Assembly: GCA_965209155.1 (NCBI GenBank)
Contig: OZ242383.1
Coordinates: 2,176,001 to 2,240,000 of the forward strand
From: a bacterium
GTDB lineage: Bacteria > SAR324 > NAC60-12
Direction of reading: 5' to 3'
Length of the DNA: 64,000 nucleotides
The notes under the pieces were generated by a model that did not search any database, had not been told where the DNA came from, and worked only from the letters and a program-made list of their open reading frames with translations. Positions 9,329 through 21,943 of this stretch are shown here, piece by piece (the stretch's first letter is position 1; each line of letters starts with the position of its first letter). Made by a program: the position numbers and the translations under genes.

Positions 9329-10252
9329 TCATGCAATCAGATTTTTATATTGAAGTCGTTTCCCTTCCATTCCATTTGTCATCTTTCCCATCTGTTCAAT
9401 AGTATCCATTTCTCTTTGATTTTGACGGCCGGAAAATTCTTTGACATAACGATCCAGATGCTTGGGACTCATTTGATGATATATCCCCTTATGCCCCCTT
9501 TTCAGCATACTCCAGAAAGAATCGATCCCCGATGTATGGACATCCCCTCTCACGTATTCATCATGGCTATGCTTAACTGCTTCATGGTTAGGCAATCCTT
9601 TATAAACCGTTGCTTCGTCTGTGTAAATCATAGCATTCTGTTGTACGTATTCCTGGATCATTTTCTCGATAACGGGCTTCTTTGTGTCTTCCGTAACCGT
9701 TGCAACAACCTGTTTAGTGTCTCGATCCTTAATGCCTACGACTGGAGACTTACCTACTGTACCACGTCCTTTATTGATCCGTTTAGACTTATGCTTAACA
9801 GATTCCTTACCGCCTACATACGTTTCATCCATTTCAACGGGGCCTTTAAAAAATGGAGTATCGCCCTGCCAGCATTCACGGATTCGATGATTAAGATGCC
9901 AAGCAGACTTTTGAGTAATACCCAATTCACGGTGCAATCTCATACTGGAAACTCCTTTGATGTTGGTTGCCATCATATAAATTGCAATTGCCCATTTTTG
10001 ATAACCAATCCTTGAAGATTGTAGAACCGATCCTACTTTTACCGAAAAATGTTTATTACAATCCAAACAGTTATAAGGCATCCTAGGATGTTTCGACTTG
10101 GATATATGTTCGCTTCCGCAATGTCCGCATTTTATTCTGCCATCCGGCCATCGTATGGACTCAAACCATTTCTCCGCCGTTTTATCATCAGGGAACATCT
10201 TAAAGAATTCTGTAATTGAAATTCCCTTCCTGTAATGTTTACCGGGTGGCAT
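9329..10252 (-). CDS. IS1595-family DDE transposase of the outer element
   Basis: Same motifs as 7369-8301 (CGHC...CLDC, VEMDETYVGG, IYTDE, IDSFWSMLKRG); close paralog. Confidence 0.96.
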   Translation of the reverse strand: MPPGKHYRKGISITEFFKMFPDDKTAEKWFESIRWPDGRIKCGHCGSEHISKSKHPRMPYNCLDCNKHFSVKVGSVLQSSRIGYQKWAIAIYMMATNIKGVSSMRLHRELGITQKSAWHLNHRIRECWQGDTPFFKGPVEMDETYVGGKESVKHKSKRINKGRGTVGKSPVVGIKDRDTKQVVATVTEDTKKPVIEKMIQEYVQQNAMIYTDEATVYKGLPNHEAVKHSHDEYVRGDVHTSGIDSFWSMLKRGHKGIYHQMSPKHLDRYVKEFSGRQNQREMDTIEQMGKMTNGMEGKRLQYKNLIA

Positions 10253-10287
10253 TATTCATTGAAACCTCAAATTATTTAAACCAATGA

Positions 10288-10509
10288 CTACAAATTTAAC
10301 TCACTCAATAGAGATAATTTTGAACGATAAGAAGCCTCTAGCAAAGATCTCCTTTTCTCATTCAAAGAACACCGAACTAACTTATGACGTGCATCTTCAT
10401 AATATCGACGAGCAGAAAAGTATTGTTCAATTAAAGAATCAAGCGCGTCAGAATCTTGTTGATCAACTTCAAGCTGAGTTGACGAGTTTAAAAATTGCTC
10501 TTCGTTCAT
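10288..10509 (-). CDS. Small helical protein upstream of the outer transposase
   Basis: Preceded by TTGACA-17-GATAAT (10563-10535) and RBS aaagg; co-oriented with the transposase. Confidence 0.6.
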   Translation of the reverse strand: MNEEQFLNSSTQLEVDQQDSDALDSLIEQYFSARRYYEDARHKLVRCSLNEKRRSLLEASYRSKLSLLSELNL

Positions 10510-12606
10510 GTTAACCTTTTGAAATTATAAATAAATTATCTCACAAAAAATCAAAATTGTCAAGCTTTTTATTTGAAAATAATAAAGGCCATTTTACTTA
10601 TGTATATAATCCCCTTACGAAAAGTATGGACGAGAGCATGCCGCTATGGTGGCCAATGTCGTCCGTTATCGCTATCGGTCCGCAATCCGGGAAATTGGAA
10701 AGGTACTGGGAATTTCGGCAACAAGCCTGGATCGTCTGGCAAAGCTGATAACTCGTGACCATTGGAGCAACGAGTTCATTCGACAAGCCGTACTTGATCC
10801 TGAAAACCCGGTGATGCGTCATTTGATAACACTGGTGGAAGAGATTCAGGATTTTCCACGCCATCTCTCCATACATCCCGGAGGCTTTCTATTGGGGCAC
10901 AGTCCTGTCCATACGCTGGTACCCATTGAGAAAGCCACCTTGGAAGGAAGAACAGTTATTCAGTGGGACAAGGATGACGTGGAACAAACAGGTCTTTTTA
11001 AGGTAGATCTATTGGGTCTGGGGGCTCTTACGCAGTTGCACCTTTGTTTCGATCTCTTGCAAAAACATCGGCAGAAGAATCTTTCTCTAGTCACTATTCC
11101 GAAGGAAGATACTCCCACGTTCGATATGATCTGCCAAAGCGACACGGTAGGGGTATTTCAAATCGAAAGTCGTGCCCAGATGGCTATGTTGGGACGGCTT
11201 AAACCACGAAATTTTTACGACTTGGTGGTTGAAATCAGCATCGTTCGTCCCGGACCTATTTCGGGTGGCATGGTCCATCCTTATTTAAGACGACGGAATG
11301 GAGAAGAGAGAATCGAGTATCCTCATACTTCACTCATTCCAGTCCTGAAGAAAACCTTAGGAATTCCTCTGTTCCAAGAGCAGGTGATGCAGCTTGCCAT
11401 AGTGGCCGCCGACTACACTCCGGGAGAGGCCGATCAACTCCGACGAGACATGGCGGCCTGGAGACGATCAGGACGGATCGAGCGGCATAAAGAGAAGCTA
11501 ATTTCACGCATGGTGAAGAAAGATATCAGGCAGAAGTTTGCTGAGCGCGTTTTTCAGCAGATCCGAGGCTTTGGTGAATACGGTTTTCCCGAAAGTCATG
11601 CTGCCAGCTTTGCTCATATTGCCTATGCCACTGCCTATCTCAAATGTCATTATCCTGCTGAATTTGTCTGCGCCTTACTCAATGCGCAGCCGATGGGTTT
11701 TTATTCGGTGGCTACCATCGTCAACGACGCCCGGATTCATGGAGTCAATATACTTCCTGTCAATATTTTGGAGAGTCATTGGGATTGCACTCTTGTTGAG
11801 TCTGGGAGCAGACGAGAGCAGTCCGAGTCGTTCGCAGTTCGTATGGGGTTGCGTTTCGTTAAAGGACTGGGTAAGAGAGACTGGTACCATCTTGTACAAG
11901 CAAAGCGTCTGATTCATTTTCGTGATCTTCAGGACGTTGTCCGCTGCAGTGGCCTCCGCCAAAATAAACTGGAGGCTCTGGCGGAGGCAGGTGCATTTGA
12001 ATGTTTTGGTCTGGATCGCCGCAGCGCATTGTGGCAGATTCAGAGTATTGCAAATCAAGAAAAGCCTATATTACCATTGAATATCAACACTCCCTTACCT
12101 CAATTTAAATCCCTGAGTGATTTGGAAACCATCATTTGGGATCACCAGACTTGCAGTCACAGTCCACGGGGACACTTACTGAAACCATTTAGACTTGCCC
12201 TGGCAGCTGATGGACTTCCCACGGCACTTCAACTGAACCAGATGAGGGGAAGTTGTCTTGTCTCTTATGTAGGCATGGTGATTTGTCGTCAACGACCAGG
12301 GACGGCTCAGGGTGTGACTTTCATGACACTGGAAGACGAGACGGGGTTCGTGAATTTGGTCATCTGGAAGAGGGTTTTCAATCGATTTTCTTTGCAAGCA
12401 AAAACGCTTTCATGCATGGGAGTGACTGGAAAACTGCAAGTAGCGGAAGGAGTAACTCACCTGGTAGTTGAAATTATCTGGGAACCGCTGTTGCAGCATA
12501 AATCAATCCAGGTCGAGAGCCGGGACTTTCACTGATCACTATCTGAGACTCATCTCCCTTTCGCTTTAAAATATGCCGGGCCCAGTCTGAAATTAAAATA
12601 GAAATT

Positions 12607-12683
12607 TGGTGCGTCCGACAGGATTCGAACCTGTGACCGACGGATTAGAAATCCGTTGCTCTATCCAACTGAGCTACGGACGC
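12607..12683 (-). tRNA. tRNA-Arg (anticodon TCT)
   Basis: gcgtccgtagctcagttggatagagcaacggatTTCTaatccgtcggtcacaggttcgaatcctgtcggacgcacca; cloverleaf fold, encoded CCA. Confidence 0.97.
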
Positions 12684-12974
12684 AAAAGCAGTTATGGCAG
12701 GAATTCAAGTGGAAAGGAAAAATGGACTGTATCACCATCTAACATCCAGAATGACTGACTCGAAAAGTATCTTATGAACCTCAAGAAAACAAGATTTTTA
12801 TTTTAACTGTCTGGTATCACTTTTAAAATTCTCATAACATACATACTGTTTTTAATATAAAATTTTCGATAAAGTTTACTATTATGATAGATACTATTTT
12901 GATAGAATTAGCATGAATCGTGGCAACAAATTAAAATCTTTACAGGAAGAACAATACTTTAGAAATTGGCATAG

Positions 12975-13508
12975 ATGAATAAGCCCTTTGAAATTTTTCG
13001 TTCTTTAGTCGTTGTAATGTTAGTCAGTTTGGCGGCGTGTGGCTATAAACTGGAAGGGAGCAATCCCCAACTACCTTCTGATTCGACAACATTAGCGATC
13101 GTCCCAATCCAAAACCGCACTTTTCAAGCAGGGTTGGAAACGCGGTTGATGCGTCACCTGGTTCAATTGTTCCGCAACAACGCCTCTATAAATTTAGTCG
13201 TACCTCAAGATGCGGATTTAGTTTTAGACATTAAACTCCAGACCCTCAATGCCAAACAAACTTCTGTTTCGGCAGACGGATCCACTGTTGAACTGCAATT
13301 GGAGCTGAGTGGAAGCGTTGTTCTCAAAGACAGGAAACAGGACACCACCCTCTGGAGTGAAACAGGTTTCAACGCAAGAGGAATCCTTCTTTATGATAAA
13401 GGAGAAACCAGCATGGGATTATCAGGTTCATCGATTGGACGTGGTCTCGATGAGGTCACTAATGCCTTTGCTGAAAGGGTTTATGAACGAATATTTATTA
13501 AATTTTAG
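12975..13508 (+). CDS. lptE: LptE-family LPS assembly lipoprotein
   Basis: Lipobox LAACGY, IQNRT..GLE motif, size. Confidence 0.7.
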   Translation: MNKPFEIFRSLVVVMLVSLAACGYKLEGSNPQLPSDSTTLAIVPIQNRTFQAGLETRLMRHLVQLFRNNASINLVVPQDADLVLDIKLQTLNAKQTSVSADGSTVELQLELSGSVVLKDRKQDTTLWSETGFNARGILLYDKGETSMGLSGSSIGRGLDEVTNAFAERVYERIFIKF

Positions 13509-13690
13509 AGGAGTCCTGTATTTCCAATATTCAAAATAAAAACAATCCGCCTTCCAGTCATCAATTCCTGCTCTCAATTGATGAGTAACTGATAATGTGC
13601 TAACTCTCTTCAATATGTGATACGTTAAGGTATTATCATGGTCTCCTTGCTGGAAAGAGCATCATGGAAAATTGCTGTAACGAGGTAACT

Positions 13691-14041
13691 ATGATTCCTG
13701 ATAATTTAGAATATTTTAGAAACAAGTTGCTCAAGATGAAAGAGGCGCTTTTAGAAGAAAGTACGACCACCGTCCATGAAATGAAAACTGAAATCACTCT
13801 ATTTCCCGATCCCAATGACCGGGCTACTCTGGAAACAGAACGCAATACTATCTTGCGGATCAGGGACCGTGAGCGTAAATTGCTGAGCAAAGTTCAAGAA
13901 GCGCTTGATCGGATTGAAGACAAAACTTTTGGATTTTGTGAAAGTTGTGGAAAATTGATTGGGCAGGCTCGTCTTGAAATTCGGCCTGTAACGACATTTT
14001 GCATTGATTGCAAGGCCGAAATGGAAGCCACTGAACGATAG
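13691..14041 (+). CDS. dksA: DksA RNA polymerase-binding protein
   Basis: FPDPNDRA coiled-coil tip, C4 zinc finger CESC...CIDC. Confidence 0.93.
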   Translation: MIPDNLEYFRNKLLKMKEALLEESTTTVHEMKTEITLFPDPNDRATLETERNTILRIRDRERKLLSKVQEALDRIEDKTFGFCESCGKLIGQARLEIRPVTTFCIDCKAEMEATER

Positions 14042-14054
14042 AAGGGACTATTCT

Positions 14055-14081
14055 AAGAAAGGGCTGGCAAGTTGCCAGCCC
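14055..14081 (-). terminator. Rho-independent terminator between convergent dksA and groEL
   Basis: gggctggcaa/ttgccagccc stem with a U-rich tail on the minus strand. Confidence 0.75.
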
Positions 14082-14109
14082 CTGACTGCTCGAAAGGTAG
14101 AAATCGGAA

Positions 14110-15777
<1,668 letters not shown>

Positions 15778-15833
15778 TCATTGATTAGATAGTTAAATTA
15801 ATAAATTACTGAAAATTACTATTTGGATGAGTT

Positions 15834-16118
15834 TTATTCGATCACTCCCAAAACATCGTCTTCACGCATGATGAGATAATCCTGTCCGTCGATTTTTATG
15901 TCGGTTCCTCCGTATTTGCTGAACAATATACGGTCACCTTCTTTCAAATCCAGTGCCTGAATCTCACCACTCTCTGTGCGCTTACCTTTGCCAACCGCGA
16001 TGACCTCCCCTTCCTGAGGCTTCTCTTTTGCCGTATCCGGAATGATGATTCCACCAACGGTTTGCTCTTCTGCATCTAAACGTTTTACTATAATTCGATC
16101 TTGTAAGGGACGAATCAT
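15834..16118 (-). CDS. groES: Co-chaperonin GroES
   Basis: [26 protein letters not shown] aggagg. Confidence 0.99.
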   Translation of the reverse strand: MIRPLQDRIIVKRLDAEEQTVGGIIIPDTAKEKPQEGEVIAVGKGKRTESGEIQALDLKEGDRILFSKYGGTDIKIDGQDYLIMREDDVLGVIE

Positions 16119-16172
16119 GTTCCTCCTGCATTGCATAAAGGTTAAAAAATTACTTACTCATGAATCCAATTA

Positions 16173-16199
16173 ATAGCATTCAACTAAGGTGAGTGCTAA
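16173..16199. promoter_or_regulatory. CIRCE (HrcA operator), copy 1
   Basis: ATAGCATTC-N9-GAGTGCTAA versus consensus TTAGCACTC-N9-GAGTGCTAA. Confidence 0.9.
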
Positions 16200-16242
16200 T
16201 AACTGAAAAATATAACAGAAAATTATCAGAAATCAAGAAAAA

Positions 16243-16269
16243 ATAGCACTAATGTCTGGTGAGTGCTAA
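16243..16269. promoter_or_regulatory. CIRCE (HrcA operator), copy 2
   Basis: ATAGCACTA-N9-GAGTGCTAA. Confidence 0.9.
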
Positions 16270-16448
16270 TTTTTTAATCGGAAATATGGACTGTTTGAAG
16301 AAAGCGAGAAATGAGGACGAGTTTTAAGAGGAGATTGTCCCGCTCTCCTCCACGGTGAGCTGACTCCCAAATGAAGCTCTTATTGCAAAATTTATTCACG
16401 TATCCTTCATGGAAAAGTATTCCACTCCGGAGAATAAAAATAATTTCA

Positions 16449-16500
16449 AAGGGTTATCCCATTATTTTCACGGTAAGGGTTATCCCATTATTTTCACGGT
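16449..16500. repeat. 26-bp perfect tandem duplication
   Basis: aagggttatcccattattttcacggt x2. Confidence 0.95.
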
Positions 16501-16643
16501 AACATCAATCACTGAATTAAATTACCAAGTAGAGAGACCGGCCTTCAAATAAGAAGAAAGCCGGTAGGATCGGGTATTAATGAGTAGATGTAAGGGCAAA
16601 CCGCTCAGTCGGTTGGATCGAACAGAGTCGGTATGCTCGAGCA

Positions 16644-17273
16644 TTACTCCAAAGTGTTGATATAGGCAGCCATATTATTGATCGCATCGTCATCGACTAA
16701 TGTCAGAACCATAGGACGCATTTGCATGCCAAATATATCCTGGGGATTGGTTCCTCGGATACCTTCTTTGTAATTTTTCAGTTGCTGTACCATATACCAA
16801 TCAAACTGACCGGTCAACTTAGGTGAATTCAAAGCTTTGTTTCCTTCTCCATTTGCACCGTGGCAGGCCACGCAAAGAGCATAACCGGCTTGTCCCAATG
16901 CGGCGTCACCTTGCACAGAAGCTGGAGGTTTGGGAGGTTTCAAGGAAGTCACATAAGCAGCCACATCGGCAATTTCCTGATCATCGGCCAGTGTCATAGC
17001 CATTGCGCGCATTTGAGCACCATAGATATCTCTTGGATCTCCTGCGCGGAAACCAGCTTTAAAATTCTTCAGTTGTCTCTCAACGTACCAATCTTCCTGA
17101 CCTCCAATAACCGGAGCATGCAGAGCCGAATTTCCTTCACCGTTGTCACCATGGCATACTGCGCAAACTTCAAACAGGACTTTTCCTTTTTCAGCATCTC
17201 CGGCAGCATAAACCGCAATTGACATTCCTAAACTGAGTGCGAATGCCATTCCTGCTACAATAAACCTATTCAT
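16644..17273 (-). CDS. Diheme cytochrome c4-like protein
   Basis: Signal peptide, two CxxCH motifs (CAVCH, CVACH), internal repeat. Confidence 0.92.
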   Translation of the reverse strand: MNRFIVAGMAFALSLGMSIAVYAAGDAEKGKVLFEVCAVCHGDNGEGNSALHAPVIGGQEDWYVERQLKNFKAGFRAGDPRDIYGAQMRAMAMTLADDQEIADVAAYVTSLKPPKPPASVQGDAALGQAGYALCVACHGANGEGNKALNSPKLTGQFDWYMVQQLKNYKEGIRGTNPQDIFGMQMRPMVLTLVDDDAINNMAAYINTLE

Positions 17274-17795
17274 ACCAATCTCCAATAATACAAATTGTTA
17301 GAAGCTAAAAAGCTATAGAATCAAATTTCGAGTGCCCCTTCATAGGGTTCGGAATCAGAGGGAAATGTCTCCTCATCTGAGATTAGTATCTAATATATAC
17401 GGAATGAAATCAAATAAGCAATAAATTTACCAATTTTTTCTCAACTTCTTATTTATATTCGTCTGAAAACCTGTTTGAAAGTCATTTAATTCTCATTAAC
17501 ATCAAGCAAATCATTGCGACATGGATCATGTTTTCAGAGTTTTTTGTTTTTCTTTCATAATCGATGTTGAGTCTTCGGTACCATCCAAACCAGGAAAAGG
17601 TTCTTTCGACGATCCACCTTTTCGGTAGGAGCGGAAAGCCCGTTCCCTGGAGGTTTGGAGTGATCTCGAGTTCACTTTGAAATCGATTCCATAACCATTG
17701 GGCTGATTCCCCTCGATTAACCTCCGTCGACCCAAATCATCTGAATCCAAATGAAGGGGGTAAACATCGCGAAATCTTTCTCACTCTTTATGGGG

Positions 17796-20700
17796 TCACG
17801 GTCTGAACTGCAAAGCCCTTGGCATGAGATTACCCGGTTGGGAGACGATTCGATAGGCATTTTCCACCCAATCGCAGACGTAACGCCTCGTGTCTCGTGG
17901 ATCAATCATTTCTTCGATCTCGAAACGATTGAGCGGGCCAATGGGACCGCGGGCGCTTTCGATACGGTCGTAGAGTTCCGCACGGAAAGCTTCCGGGTCT
18001 TCTGCTTCGGCCAATTGGCGTTTGTAGGCGGCCTCAATCCCCCCTTCAGGAGAAATTCCTCCGGTATCGGCCGCTGGCCAGGTAAGGCGTACTGACGGTC
18101 TTTCGATCGGGGTGGCATAATTGTTCCCGCCCACCCCAAAACTGCGCCTCATGAGAACGGTAAATATCGGAACTTTGATCTGAGCGAAGGCGATCATCCA
18201 CTCCCCTCCTTTGCGGACTGTGCCATTGATTTCATGCTCCAGGCCTACCGCAAATCCGGGACTGTCCACCAGATTGAGGAGGGGAATATGGAAAAGGTCG
18301 CACATGTCGATATGCCGTTTCAATTTGTCGCAGCCGTCTGCGGTCAAAGCGCCCCCATTGGCGTGGCGGCTATCGGAGACAATCACTCCCATCGGATATC
18401 CATTGACCCGGGCCAATCCGGTGACCTGATCCGTGCCCCAAAGCGGGCCGATCTCAAAGAAGGAATCCTGATCGACAATCAGATGGATCACTTTGCGAAC
18501 ATCGAAGGTCATAGTGCGTTTCCGGGGAATGATGGTGAAGAGTTCCTCTTCGCGTCGGTCCGGCGAGTCCTTAGTCGCCACATGTGGAGGTACTTCATAA
18601 ACACTGGAAGGCAAATAAGAAAGAAAGCATTTGCTCATCTCCATCGCTTCTTCTTCGGATTCGGCGAGGTTGTCCACCGAACCGTTGGTACAGTGAATGT
18701 GCCATGCTCCTAAATCTTCTTTGGTGATGTCGTATCCCATGGCGTGCTGTACCACCGGAGGGCCTGCCACGAAAAGTTGAGCAATGTCCCGCACCATCAC
18801 CGAGAAATGGCCCAAAACCGCTTTGGCGGCTCCGAGGCCCACCACACTGCCGAGGAGCAGATTGACAACCGGCACCGTATACAGTTGTTCCGTATTAAAG
18901 ATTGCAGGCCTGGTGCCCAGGAAGGAAAGATCCCCCAACTCCTGCCACACGGGGTTTTCCGGACTTGATGGCTCCTGAACTTTCTTGAGCGGTGCTCTCT
19001 CCTTCTTTTTTCTGTTTGGGCACCATGGTGGCCACACTGCCCCCTCCCGAGGATCCATCTAATAAGCGCAGGGAGGGACATTTCAATTCCAGGGAGAGTT
19101 TGTCCAGGTAACGGCTCTTTTCCCCAATGGCTCCGTCAGAATGTCCTCCTCGGGAGGTGAAGTCATCGGCACACGCGATGACGGTGCGTCCTTCGATCTT
19201 GCCCCACCCACCAAAATGATTGGCGGGGGTGAAAGCGTCAATATAGCCCTCCGCGTCATACGAAGCGAAGCCAGCCAGGCTGCCCACTTCCCGAAACGAT
19301 CCTTTGTCCAACAAAAGATCGATGCGTTCCCGACAAGTCAGTTTTCCTCGATTGCGTTGCCGCACCACACCCCGTTCTGTGGAACCTGGAGCAAGCCGGG
19401 ATTCTGCGAACTTTCGCAAGGTTTGGGTTTCTTTCATCATTGGAGCCCAACTGTGCTCATCTTCCAGTTCCTGTTTGTTGTCGCTGCTTTCATCGGGGTT
19501 GATCACGGCAACCACTTGACCCGCAGTCACGGTATCTCCAGCAGAGAGGTGTGTCAATTCAAAGAGGGTTCCGGGACAAGGCGCGGCAACATCCGTTTCC
19601 ATTTTCATGGCACTGATGACCATGATCGATTCGCTTGTTTTGACAACATCCCCTTCCTGCTTCAACACCTCCACGACGACCCCTGTCATGGGAGCTTCGG
19701 CGCCACGTTTGCCGGTTTCGACCGAAAGCCCCGGAGTGTCATGGAGGGTGTCCGTGTATTTTCCAAGCCCTTTTGCACCCGCAACCAAGATACGGGCTTC
19801 CCGGGTCAGCAAGGTTAACGCTTTGCTTGGCACCCCACCCCCTTTGTGGTGGAGAAGCTCCGGTTCTTCGAGCAAGAGAGTGGTTCGCGCATCGCCTTCC
19901 CGGAGGGAGAGGTTGCATAATATGGATCGTAGTTGCTCGAGATTGTTGGGCAAGCCTTCAATATGATAATCGTTGATCGCCGCAAGGGTCCGGTCGAGGG
20001 CGGAGGACAAGGTATTAGAGGAGTTGGAAATGCCAATCACCTTTCCAAACAAAGGATCAAATTGGGGAGGCGGTGTCCAGCCTGCATAGCCACAGGCATC
20101 GACACGAATTCCTGGTCCGGAGGGCTCCTTGTATGCCGTGATTTTCCCTGCCCCTTGAGCTACGACTCGCACTTGCACGGCAAACCCTTTGGGAGGAGGG
20201 AGGATGTCTCGAGGATCCAGCCCAAGACTGGATAGGCTTGCTCCGGCGGCCAATTGAAACTGGGCTTCCACGAGGTCTACACCCGTGAGCATTTCCGTGA
20301 CCGTGTGCTCCACCTGGATGCGTGGATTGCATTCGATGAAGTAGTGATTGCCCGATTCTGGAGAAACCAAAAATTCGACAGTCCCGGCATTGGAATATTG
20401 AGCTGCTTTGGCGAGTTCGATCGCATCCGCGTACAGGTGTTCCCGGAGGGTGGCATCCAATTGAGCGGCTGGGGCGATTTCGACCACTTTTTGATTTCTG
20501 AGCTGCACCGAACAATCTCGCTCATAAAGATGCACCACTTTCCCTTGTTGATCGGCCAGGATTTGAACTTCAATGTGACGGGGTCGCTCAATGTATTTTT
20601 CCATAAATATCGCCCCATTACCGAAGGCCGCTTCCGCTTCGCTGGAACAGCGTTCAAAGGCTTCCTGGAGGTCCTCTGCTTGTTGCACCAAACGCATGCC

Positions 20701-21201
20701 GCGCCCTCCTCCTCCCGCGGAAGCTTTGAGCATGATCGGATATCCCATTTCACTTGCCAGGTTGGCTGCCTGATCGGCAGTTTTCAGGGCGTGCTCACTG
20801 CCGGGGACCACTGGAATTCCCAACGATTGCGCGAGAGTCCGAGCCTGAACTTTATCCCCAAAAAGCCGAAGAGTATGCGAGGAAGGACCGACGAACGAAA
20901 TCCCTGCAGCTTCACAACGGGCCGCCAATTCGGCATTTTCACTGAGAAAGCCGTACCCGGGGTGAATACAATCGCAATCCAAAGATTGGGCGACTTCCAG
21001 CATTGTATCAACATTCAGATAAGCATCGATCGCTTCCCCGGGGATTTCAGCGGAGTGGGTGGTATACGTCGGATGTAAGGCTTGCGCATCAATGCGTGGA
21101 TAAACACCGACCGACTCCATTCCAAGCGAAGTGGCCGCTTTGGCAATCCGAATGGCGATCTCCCCCCGATTGCTCACCAGAACACGTTTTAACTTTTTCA
21201 A
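17796..21201 (-). pseudogene. Single-chain biotin-dependent acyl-CoA carboxylase (BC-BCCP-CT), frameshifted near 18895-18920
   Basis: NRGEIA, HPGYGFLSE, biotin site AMKM; the CT domain continues in another frame (TEQLYTVPVVNLLLG). Confidence 0.85.
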
Positions 21202-21386
21202 ACTTCTTTCCTCTATTGAGATGTTTAAATTTCGCAAAAAAGATTTACCCATAGCACCCTGAAACGCCCCTATGCCTTGGGCCCGGTCCTATAGAGCGCT
21301 TTGCCTCGATTCATGTTATGACCTCCATAGAAAAACTGAGAAAAATCAAAAAATCAATGAATAAGATAACAAGAATAAAATGAGAT

Positions 21387-21943
21387 GTAACTATTCAGGT
21401 CTCTGAAAAACCCGTTCAGTTAAATATCATTAAATAAGATTCCCGGAGAGGACCGATCGTTTTCAAGTCCTCCCACGATATGGTTCCATCAATCGGGAAC
21501 CCTCTTTTTCACTAAAACAACTTAGTGAAGGTATGATTTCGGCAATATATATTTTTTTGCATAATGTCAACCCCCCAATGAAAAAAAATGCAGGATTCGT
21601 AAAAAAAAAATTAAAAATCTATCAATCGGGGAGAACCGCTTCTTTACGATCATGAGCCAAAAAGCGAAGGTTCACTCCACAATTCAGTGTTTTTCCAGTG
21701 GTGATTATGATCGTAAACGCTTTGCCAGGAAGTTAAATCAGAGTGCTAAGCGCTCTTGCTTCCATGGTTCTCATTCTTTTTCAAAGAGTTGACTGGCTTC
21801 TTGAAGAGCCTCGAGGTGGGAATTGATGAAAGGGATTCAATATATTTTTGAACATTCGAGAGCATAAAGTCCTTTCCGGACTTTATGCCACGCAAAATCT
21901 GTGCTTAAATTGATGGGTTTTCTGAAGATACCTGAATAGTTAC
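21387..21943. mobile_element. Non-autonomous MITE-like element, copy 1
   Basis: TIRs gtaactattcaggt/acctgaatagttac; no long ORF; colinear homolog at 62339-62898; partial match at 4-38. Confidence 0.85.

Larger units (their letters stand above)
4519..10614 (-). mobile_element. Cargo-carrying IS1595-family transposon, 6096 bp including the nested IS
   Basis: Perfect 25-bp TIRs ggggattatatacataagtaaaatg (4519-4543) / cattttacttatgtatataatcccc (10590-10614); 8-bp TSD ttacgaaa (4511-4518, 10615-10622); transposase at 9329-10252; AT-rich. Confidence 0.97.
3258..12535 (+). pseudogene. dnaE2: Error-prone DNA polymerase DnaE2 interrupted by an IS1595-family element
   Basis: PHP domain ([15 protein letters not shown]), GRGSAANS and PPDIDLD in 3258-4518; FPRHLSIHPGG, FPESHAAS and OB fold RQRPGTAQGVTF in 10623-12535. 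Removing 4519-10622 restores the frame QYVYEKYGREHAAMVANV. Confidence 0.97.

Noticed and set aside
10284..10514. 76-aa plus-strand ORF
   Set aside because: Shadow of the minus-strand ORF 10288-10509, which has the promoter and RBS.
7197..10614. Composite transposon formed by two inverted IS copies
   Set aside because: TIRs and TSDs show one element nested in another, not two flanking copies.
4519..10614. Intein or self-splicing intron in dnaE2
   Set aside because: Not in frame; has TIRs, a TSD and a DDE transposase; no intron core motifs recognised.
16449..16500. Functional role for the 26-bp tandem duplication
   Set aside because: Two copies only, intergenic, no further structure; likely slippage or an assembly artefact.
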